In this document: positions 6,840-13,332 of the stretch, one piece after another
Layout: each line of letters starts with the position of its first letter
Numbering within the stretch: position 1 is the stretch's first letter
Assembly (NCBI GenBank): GCA_947624765.1
Contig: CANQLS010000004.1
Span: 1 to 20,978, forward strand
Origin: an uncultured Clostridia bacterium
GTDB taxonomy: Bacteria > Bacillota > Clostridia > TANB77 > UBA1234
Length of the DNA: 20,978 bases
Direction: 5' to 3'
Notes under the pieces: model-generated
What the model was told of the DNA's origin: nothing
The model's database searches: none
Seen by the model: only the letters and a program-made list of their open reading frames with translations
Program-made: the position numbers and the translations under genes

Positions 6840-6859
6840 GATTTTAAGGAGGAAATATA

Positions 6860-7189
6860 ATGGAAAGAATTTATAACAAACTAGTTAGAGATAATATACC
6901 AAATATTATTATTTCAAATGGTGAAACACCAATTACTAAAATTTTAGATGACGATACATATAAAGTAGAATTAGAAAAGAAACTAAATGAAGAATACAAT
7001 GAGGTATTAAATGCTGCTGGAGAAGATAGAATAGAGGAATTAGCTGATATGCTTGAAATTATAAAAGCATTAGCTAAATTAGAAAATAAATCATTACAGG
7101 ATGTTATTGATTGCTCAAATGAAAAGGCTAAAAAAAGAGGAGCATTTGACAAAAAAATTTTTTTGGAAAAAGTAATTGAAAAGAATTAA
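6860..7189 (+). CDS. MazG-like / PRA-PH-like nucleoside triphosphate pyrophosphohydrolase
   Basis: 109 aa with KLVRDNIPNII at the N-terminus, then the EEYNEV and EELADMLEII acidic helices, then KRGAFDKKIFL. This matches the small all-alpha NTP pyrophosphohydrolase family. A strong SD AAGGAGG lies upstream. Confidence 0.75.
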   Translation: MERIYNKLVRDNIPNIIISNGETPITKILDDDTYKVELEKKLNEEYNEVLNAAGEDRIEELADMLEIIKALAKLENKSLQDVIDCSNEKAKKRGAFDKKIFLEKVIEKN

Positions 7190-7199
7190 TATACTTAAA

Positions 7200-7228
7200 T
7201 TGACTGATTTGTAATATTACTATATAAT
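7200..7228 (+). promoter_or_regulatory. Sigma-A type promoter for fprA-like gene
   Basis: TTGACT (7200-7205), 17-nt spacer, TATAAT (7223-7228). Confidence 0.55.
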
Positions 7229-7311
7229 AAACTCTGAAATGCTAACAAAGTCGTTTAAAGAAATATAATGCGAATCAATAATAAAATATTTTATAGAAAG
7301 GAAGAATTAGC

Positions 7312-8478
7312 ATGAAAGATATTACAATTTCGAGTGATATTAAATATATAGGAGCTGATGATAAAGATATAGAACTATTTGAAAATCAATATAAAGTTCC
7401 GAATGGTGTTTCTTATAATTCATATGTAATTTTAGATGATAAAATAGCAGTTCTTGATACAATTGATAAAAGAAAAACAAACGAGTGGATAGAAAATTTA
7501 GAAAAAGTTTTAAATGGAAAATTACCTGATTATTTAATTATTTCACATTTAGAGCCCGACCACGGATATAATATTAAAACAATAATTGACAAATATCCAA
7601 GTATAAAAATAGTTGGAAATAATAAGACTTTTGCTTTCTTGCCACAATTTTTCGATATTAATGATTTAGAGGAAAGAAAAATTGAAGTAAAAGATGGCGA
7701 TGAATTAGATTTAGGAAAACACAAATTGCGTTTCATTATGGCACCTATGATACATTGGCCTGAAGTTATGATGGAATATGATGAACTAGAAAAAGTATTA
7801 TTTTCAGCAGATGGATTTGGAAAATTTGGTACATTAGATACTGAAGAAGATTGGGATTGTGAGGCAAGAAGATATTATTTCAATATAGTAGGAAAATATG
7901 GCGTACAAGTTCAAGCATTATTAAAAAAGATTAGTGCATTAGAAATTCAAAGTATTTGTCCTTTGCATGGTCCTATTTTAAAAGGAAATTTATCACATTA
8001 TATAGAGAAATATGATATCTGGAGTAAATATGAAGTAGAAAGCGAAGGTATATATATTGCTTGTGCATCTATACATGGAAATACTTTTGAAGCTTGTGAG
8101 AAATTAAAAAATATCTTAGAGGAAAAAGGTGCTACAAAAGTAGTGCTTGCAGATTTATCAAAAGTAGATTTATCAGAGGCATTAGAAGATGCTTTTAGAT
8201 ATGGAAAAATTATATTTGTATCATCTACTTACAATATGGAAATATTCTCGCCAATGCGAAATCTATTATTAGATTTAAAAGAAAAAAATTATCAAAATCG
8301 AAAAGTAGGAATTATTGAAAACGGAACATGGGGACCAAATTCAGCAAAAGGCATGAAAGAAATATTATCTACTATGAAAAATATTGAAATAGTTGAACCA
8401 ACAGTAACAATTAGATCAACATTAAAAAATCATGATATAGAAAAATTAAATGAACTAGCAGAAGCAATATTACATTAA
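7312..8478 (+). CDS. fprA: FprA-family A-type flavoprotein (flavodiiron protein; metallo-beta-lactamase-like plus flavodoxin domains)
   Basis: 388 aa. N-terminal pattern ..IGADDKDIELFENQYKVPNGVSYNSYVI.. The di-iron ligand motif is SHLEPDH. The C-terminus is a flavodoxin-like domain (IYIACASIHGNT...IIFVSSTYN). Confidence 0.85.
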   Translation: MKDITISSDIKYIGADDKDIELFENQYKVPNGVSYNSYVILDDKIAVLDTIDKRKTNEWIENLEKVLNGKLPDYLIISHLEPDHGYNIKTIIDKYPSIKIVGNNKTFAFLPQFFDINDLEERKIEVKDGDELDLGKHKLRFIMAPMIHWPEVMMEYDELEKVLFSADGFGKFGTLDTEEDWDCEARRYYFNIVGKYGVQVQALLKKISALEIQSICPLHGPILKGNLSHYIEKYDIWSKYEVESEGIYIACASIHGNTFEACEKLKNILEEKGATKVVLADLSKVDLSEALEDAFRYGKIIFVSSTYNMEIFSPMRNLLLDLKEKNYQNRKVGIIENGTWGPNSAKGMKEILSTMKNIEIVEPTVTIRSTLKNHDIEKLNELAEAILH

Positions 8479-8497
8479 AAAATAATTAACCTATAAT
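8470..8497 (+). promoter_or_regulatory. Candidate promoter for the coiled-coil protein gene
   Basis: TTACAT (8470-8475, overlapping the fprA-like gene's stop region), 16-nt spacer, TATAAT (8492-8497). Confidence 0.35.
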
Positions 8498-8565
8498 GTA
8501 TTAGATAGTTGAATTAAAATAAGCAGACAAAAAATAAAATTTAAAATAAGAAAGGAAAGAGTTGT

Positions 8566-9522
8566 ATGAAAAAAGAAGAAATAACATTAAAAAATACGAA
8601 AGCGGAAATTTTAGATGCACTAAATGAAGCATTGGAAAGAGAAAAAAATATAGCTAAAATAAAATATGAACCTGAAAAGGAGGAAAAAGCAAAAGAAATT
8701 CAAAAGGCTATAGAAGTATCTAAAGAAAATGTTGATCAAAAGATTTTTTCTGAGGAATTGAACAATAAATTTAAAGATTTAGAAACTGCTATTCAGGCAG
8801 AAGAAGAAAAATTAAAAAATCTATATGGTATAGAAAAAGAACTAAGTAATCTTGTAGTTGTTGTTAATGCAGGAAAAGATTATATGGTAGAATTGGAAAA
8901 TGATAAAAAAGTAAGATTAGATGAATTAAATTCTAGCATAAAAAGTTTAGAAGAACAGTATGAAACTAAAAAGAAAGAATTAGAAAAAGATTATGAAATA
9001 GCCGCAAAGAATTTAAAGCTTGAAAGAGATAGAGAACAAGAAGAATATAATTATAAAATAAAAAGAGAAAGAGAAATAAGTAATAATGAGTGGGAAGATG
9101 AAAAATCAAAAAGAGAAAGCGAATTAGCTAAAAAAGAGGCAAATGCTCAAGAAATTCTAAGCGAAGCAGAAGAAAAAGAAGAATATATTAAAGAATTAGA
9201 AGAAAAGGTAAATGAAATTCCTACACTTTTAGAAAAAGAATATACTAAGGGTAGAAAAGAAGCAACAAGTGAAATTGAAAAAGACAATAAGTATGCGACG
9301 GAATTATTAAAAAAAGATTTTCAAAATACGATAGATAGACAAAATGATAAAATAGAAAGTTTGCAAGAAGAATTGAAAAAAGTTAATTCGGAAAAAGAAG
9401 CTTTACAAAATAAATTAGATCAAGCTTATGTTCAAATAAAAGATATGGCAACCAAAACGGTTGAATCTGCTGGAGGATTAAAAATTATCGGAAATAATAG
9501 TAATGCGGATATAAAATCTTAA
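8566..9522 (+). CDS. Hypothetical K/E-rich coiled-coil protein (318 aa), no recognisable catalytic or membrane motif
   Basis: Long uninterrupted ORF with an SD (AAGGAAAGAG) and its own strong terminator. The composition is dominated by K, E and L with heptad-like spacing. I recognise no signal peptide, TM helix or family. Confidence 0.6.
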   Translation: MKKEEITLKNTKAEILDALNEALEREKNIAKIKYEPEKEEKAKEIQKAIEVSKENVDQKIFSEELNNKFKDLETAIQAEEEKLKNLYGIEKELSNLVVVVNAGKDYMVELENDKKVRLDELNSSIKSLEEQYETKKKELEKDYEIAAKNLKLERDREQEEYNYKIKREREISNNEWEDEKSKRESELAKKEANAQEILSEAEEKEEYIKELEEKVNEIPTLLEKEYTKGRKEATSEIEKDNKYATELLKKDFQNTIDRQNDKIESLQEELKKVNSEKEALQNKLDQAYVQIKDMATKTVESAGGLKIIGNNSNADIKS

Positions 9523-9543
9523 TGAACTTACTAAAACTCTAAG

Positions 9544-9592
9544 TAGTGAATAGTTACGTATGTTTTGTTATAGTAACTATTCACTATTTTTG
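9544..9592 (+). terminator. Rho-independent terminator
   Basis: Perfect 14-bp stem TAGTGAATAGTTAC (9544-9557) / GTAACTATTCACTA (9573-9586), followed by TTTTTG. Confidence 0.7.
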
Positions 9593-9665
9593 TTATACTA
9601 TTACGAATATACAGAACGATTATCTACTATGGTTTTGCCAAGCTGTTGTTTCGCTAACTTTTTTC

Positions 9666-9694
9666 TTGCCAAAGTAGATGAAAAGATATATATT
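9666..9694 (+). promoter_or_regulatory. Candidate promoter of the TetR / acyl-CoA synthetase operon
   Basis: TTGCCA (9666-9671), 17-nt spacer, TATATT (9689-9694). The motif TTGCCAA also occurs ~34 nt upstream. Confidence 0.4.
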
Positions 9695-9733
9695 ATTTAT
9701 ATATAATTAAAGCCTATGCATTTAGGGAAAGGA

Positions 9734-10312
9734 ATGAAGCTAAGTATGAATAGAACCAAGAGAAAAATATTTGAAACTGCTATGAAGTTGTTTGCTGAAA
9801 AAGGATATGAAGCTACTAGTGTAGAAGAAATTACTGCTACTGTTGGCGTAGCTAAAGGAACTCTATATTACCATTTTTCAAGTAAAGAAGAAATATATAA
9901 CTTTTTAATTGAAGAAGGTATGAAGCTACTATGCAATAGTATAGAGATAAAAACAGAAAACTTAACTGATCCTATTGCAAAGCTAAGAGCAGTTATTGTA
10001 ATTCAATTAAAAGTTATTATGAAATATGATGAGTTTATTACTATTCTACTTAGCCAAATATGGGGTACTGAGCCAAGACATCAATACTTTAGAAAATATG
10101 TATATCAATATATTGACGTAATAAAATCTATTATTGATGATGGTATTAAATCTGGCATTTTAAAAGATGGTGATAGTTATTTGATGGCATCTCATATCGT
10201 AGGTATGATGTGTGCCATTAAAATATACAAGCTAAAATCTGAACAAGAGATTAGCATTGAAAAAATGGCGAATAATATTGTAGATTGTGTATTGAAAGGT
10301 ATTATTGCATAG
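9734..10312 (+). CDS. TetR family transcriptional regulator (FadR-like context)
   Basis: HTH region FAEKGYEATSVEEITATVGVAKGTLYYHFSSKEEIY. Three in-frame ATGs (9716, 9734, 9746) leave the start ambiguous. The gene lies directly upstream of an acyl-CoA synthetase gene. Confidence 0.85.
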   Translation: MKLSMNRTKRKIFETAMKLFAEKGYEATSVEEITATVGVAKGTLYYHFSSKEEIYNFLIEEGMKLLCNSIEIKTENLTDPIAKLRAVIVIQLKVIMKYDEFITILLSQIWGTEPRHQYFRKYVYQYIDVIKSIIDDGIKSGILKDGDSYLMASHIVGMMCAIKIYKLKSEQEISIEKMANNIVDCVLKGIIA

Positions 10313-10327
10313 AAAAGAGGTTAGAAG

Positions 10328-12001
10328 ATGGCAGAAAAGCATTTTAAAGATTTAAGAGATATGGTAATGCAATCAGAAAAAGATTTTTCAGATGAAGTAG
10401 CTTTTCATATTAAATATCGTAATGAAATTGTAGGTGTAAAATATTCTAAATTTATTGATGATATAAAAGGTTTTGGTTCTTATTTATTAAGTTTAAATCT
10501 TGAGAAAAAAAGAGTTGCTTTTATATCTGCAAATCGTTATGAATGGTGTGTTACATATTTGGCGTCTGCAACTTCAGATTTAATTTCGGTTCCACTCGAT
10601 AAATCTCTTCCTATTAACGAATTTGAAGATTTAATAGCGAGAGCAGAAGCGGATATATTAGTTTATGATATGAAGCATGATGAATATGCTAAAGCAATTT
10701 CACAAAAGGAAAATACAACGGTAAAACATTTCGTATGTATGGATGTTGATTTTAATGATTGCATTGAAAAAGGAAAAAAGTTATTACTTAAAAAAGATAA
10801 TAAATATGATAAAGTAAAAATTGATCATGATAAAATGAGATTTATGTTGTTCACCTCTGGCACTACTTCTGCTTCTAAGTGTGTAATGTTATCTCATAAA
10901 AATATTTGTAGTAATATCGAGGCGATTACTAAGGCACTTGATGTTAGTGTAAATGATACTATGCTTTCATTTTTACCAGCACACCATACGTTTGAATGTA
11001 CAGCAGGTTTTTTATATCCTATTAGTGTTGGGGCTAAAATTGCTTTTTGTGATGGGCTTAGACATTTAGTAGATAATATGAAAGAATATGAAATAACAGC
11101 AATGATAAGTGTGCCACTACTATATGAAGGAATTTACAAAAAGCTTTGGAAACAAATTGAGGTAAGTAAAAAAGAAACGCAAATAAAGGTAGCATTAAAA
11201 GCTAGTGAAGCTTTATTAAGAGTTGGCATTGATATGAGAAAACATCTTTTTAAACAAATACATGAAGCTTTAGGTGGAAAGATTAGATTGCTAGTGAGCG
11301 GTGCTGCTGCTATTGATCCGACCATAGCTAAAGCTTATAACGATTTTGGATTTACTATGTATCAAGGTTATGGGTTAACTGAAACATCACCTGTAGTTTC
11401 AGTTGAGCGTGAAGGTTATACACGCAACAAGTCAGTAGGCATCCCTTTAGATAAAGTAGAAGTGAAAGTAGATAATCCTGCTGAAGATGGTATTGGAGAA
11501 TTATTAGTAAAAGCTCCTTCTGTTATGTTGGGATATTATCAAGATGAAGAAGCTACAAAAGATGTGTTACAACATGGTTGGTTTCATACGGGAGATTTAG
11601 GGAAAATAGATAAAGATGGATTTATATACATAACTGGGAGAATGAAAAATGTAATAGTTTTAAAGAATGGCAAAAATGTTTTTCCAGAGGAGATAGAAGT
11701 TTTAATAAATCGTTTAGATTTTGTTAAAGAGTCTATTGTTTACGGTTTGCCAGATAAAGACGGAGATGTTTCTATCTGTGCGAAAATTGTTTATGATAAA
11801 GAACAAGTAATAGAGAAGCTTGGAATTATACAAGATGAAGAGCTTGAAGATTTATATTGGCAAAAAATAAAAGAATTGAACAAAACTATGCCTACATATA
11901 AATATATTAAAAAAATAACTTTAACAGAAGAACCACTTATAAAAACCACTACAAATAAGGTGAAAAGGCATGAGGAAATTGCAAAAATTATGTCGGAGTA
12001 A
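10328..12001 (+). CDS. Long-chain acyl-CoA synthetase (AMP-forming, ANL superfamily)
   Basis: AMP-binding motifs LFTSGTTSASKCVMLSHKN, YGLTETSP, TGDLGKIDKDGFIYITGRMKNVI and a terminal ..TNKVKR. 557 aa, with an SD (AAGAGG) upstream. Confidence 0.85.
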   Translation: MAEKHFKDLRDMVMQSEKDFSDEVAFHIKYRNEIVGVKYSKFIDDIKGFGSYLLSLNLEKKRVAFISANRYEWCVTYLASATSDLISVPLDKSLPINEFEDLIARAEADILVYDMKHDEYAKAISQKENTTVKHFVCMDVDFNDCIEKGKKLLLKKDNKYDKVKIDHDKMRFMLFTSGTTSASKCVMLSHKNICSNIEAITKALDVSVNDTMLSFLPAHHTFECTAGFLYPISVGAKIAFCDGLRHLVDNMKEYEITAMISVPLLYEGIYKKLWKQIEVSKKETQIKVALKASEALLRVGIDMRKHLFKQIHEALGGKIRLLVSGAAAIDPTIAKAYNDFGFTMYQGYGLTETSPVVSVEREGYTRNKSVGIPLDKVEVKVDNPAEDGIGELLVKAPSVMLGYYQDEEATKDVLQHGWFHTGDLGKIDKDGFIYITGRMKNVIVLKNGKNVFPEEIEVLINRLDFVKESIVYGLPDKDGDVSICAKIVYDKEQVIEKLGIIQDEELEDLYWQKIKELNKTMPTYKYIKKITLTEEPLIKTTTNKVKRHEEIAKIMSE

Positions 12002-12004
12002 GTA

Positions 12005-12049
12005 TGTAACATTTCTGTAACACAAACTTAATATTACTGTAATTGTAAA
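12005..12049 (+). promoter_or_regulatory. Array of 11-bp-phased TGTAAN hexamers (OmpR/PhoB-family, WalR/PhoP-type box candidates)
   Basis: TGTAAC (12005-12010), N5, TGTAAC (12016-12021), N5, CTTAAT (12027-12032, 4/6), N5, TGTAAT (12038-12043), plus an adjacent TGTAAA (12044-12049). The array ends at the -35 of the downstream promoter. Confidence 0.45.
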
Positions 12050-12071
12050 AAGATGACGAAAGTTGTATAAT
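12043..12071 (+). promoter_or_regulatory. Sigma-A type promoter for the orphan 250-aa gene
   Basis: TTGTAA (12043-12048), 17-nt spacer, TATAAT (12066-12071). Confidence 0.55.
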
Positions 12072-12139
12072 ACACACGAAAGCATTACTAAAGAGAAAAA
12101 AGGAGGGAATTACATAGTCTTGCTATGTAATGGTTGTGT

Positions 12140-12889
12140 ATGGAAAATGTTGAAACAGTAGAAAAAACAGTTGAATTGCAAAAAATTGTACAAAAATTAG
12201 AGAAACTTGAGAAGATGATTAATCCTAATAGTAAAAAGTCTTTAATTATGTGGGAAGAAGATGACAGTTTTAAAAAATTGATTTCTACTATTAAAGAGTA
12301 TGCTTTAAGTTGCAATGTAGATGAATTTCCAGTAGAACTTTTAGATAAATTGAAAGCTTTGAAGGCAGATTCTACTTCTCAAATAGAAGAGGGAACAAAA
12401 AGAGTAGAAGAATTAAAACATCAAGCTAAAGTAAATGTTGAATTAAGTGAGTTTTTATCTACAATATATGTTTCTGCTATGGCGGGCAATTCTTTAGATG
12501 AATATGAAGAAAAACTTTCTTGTGAAGAATTATGTTCTATGAAAGAGCATTTACAAACTATTTCTACTACAGTTCCAGATACTGAGGAATATGTAAAGGC
12601 TGAAAAGGCAGTAAAATCTAAAATTAGTAATTTAGAAAATAGTGTTCATATTACAATTGATTTAGAAAGAACAATTAGTAAAGGTGGAGCACTTGAATAT
12701 ATCTGTGCTGAAATTACTCCTGCAATAGAAAGATTGCAAGCTGAATATGATGCTAGATACGCTGTACCAGAGCCTGAAGAAGATGTTATTACAGCACTTG
12801 CTGTGCGTAAAACTTTATCTGAGAAAATTTATGATGCTATTATTAGACCATTTGCTAATTTATTTAGAAGAAAATCAAAAGTAAAATAA
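12140..12889 (+). CDS. Hypothetical acidic, helical protein (~250 aa), no recognised family
   Basis: Long ORF followed by a strong terminator. The start is ATG 12140 or TTG 12134. The only strong SD (GGAGG 12102-12106) is separated from the start by a perfect 9-bp hairpin. No signal peptide or TM segment. Confidence 0.6.
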   Translation: MENVETVEKTVELQKIVQKLEKLEKMINPNSKKSLIMWEEDDSFKKLISTIKEYALSCNVDEFPVELLDKLKALKADSTSQIEEGTKRVEELKHQAKVNVELSEFLSTIYVSAMAGNSLDEYEEKLSCEELCSMKEHLQTISTTVPDTEEYVKAEKAVKSKISNLENSVHITIDLERTISKGGALEYICAEITPAIERLQAEYDARYAVPEPEEDVITALAVRKTLSEKIYDAIIRPFANLFRRKSKVK

Positions 12890-12908
12890 AAAATATAAGA
12901 GTTGAGTT

Positions 12909-12937
12909 AAAGACGGGGCAAAACCTCGTCTTTTTCT
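12909..12937 (+). terminator. Rho-independent terminator
   Basis: AAAGACGGGG (12909-12918) pairs with CCTCGTCTTT (12924-12933) around loop CAAAA, with one G-T pair, followed by a T-run. Confidence 0.75.
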
Positions 12938-12953
12938 TGCTTTATTTTCACTT

Positions 12954-13005
12954 TTTACACATATTTTACATTTTCCTTATAGATTATTTACAGCTACTGT
13001 ATAAT
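12954..13005 (+). promoter_or_regulatory. Four 11-bp-phased TTTACA hexamers (Pho-box-like architecture) plus a -10 element upstream of the two-component operon
   Basis: TTTACA (12954-12959), CATAT, TTTACA (12965-12970), N5, CTTATA (12976-12981, 4/6), N5, TTTACA (12987-12992), 7 nt, TATAAT (13000-13005) preceded by TG. Confidence 0.5.
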
Positions 13006-13332
13006 ATAGTAACTGGTAAATAATTATAAATTGTGCGGATAATGGAAAAATGTATTATTTGATTTCTTTTTTTAGTTTTATAACTGCTCATATAAAATTG
13101 AAGAAAGAAAGCTCTAATATAATTTTGAAATTGTCAGCTTTTTAACTGGAGTTTGAAAGTGCAGTTTGGCTGGAATAATGAAGGGAAAAAGGCAAGTGTA
13201 CAATTTATATTTGCTCTGCTGATTTCTTTTTGAATGGGAGAAGGAGGCGGAAGAAAATGCAATATGGGGCGAAAGCCTTAGGGTAATTGCCCCCAAAATG
13301 CATTAATGTAATCGAAAGTTGGTGAGTAATAC

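Noticed and set aside
1-7200. Integron-like gene cassette array (many small co-directional unrelated genes plus a repeated structured intergenic element)
   Set aside because: The window has no integrase gene. Only two copies of the repeat exist. The repeat lacks recognisable attC core sites (RYYYAAC / GTTRRRY). Several genes have their own promoters and form operons, and the whole 21 kb is co-directional anyway.
12120-12161. 13-codon sORF (TTG start in the hairpin loop, MLCNGCVWKMLKQ) as a leader peptide
   Set aside because: The start codon is a TTG 13 nt from the SD core and sits inside the loop of a perfect hairpin. It overlaps the main ORF out of frame and has nothing to support conservation. 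It is kept only as an alternative under the split-RBS finding.
13230-13305. Known riboswitch or SRP RNA: GGGGCGAAAGCC resembles the GGGACGCAAAGCC segment of c-di-GMP-I (GEMM-I), and CGGAAGAA loosely recalls the SRP RNA GGAAGGAAGCAGC motif near ftsY
   Set aside because: Only short partial matches. The other required elements are absent: the GGCAAACC / GNRA-receptor hairpin of GEMM-I and the GUCAGGUCCGGAAGGAAGCAGC core of SRP RNA. I cannot assign a class without a covariance-model search.
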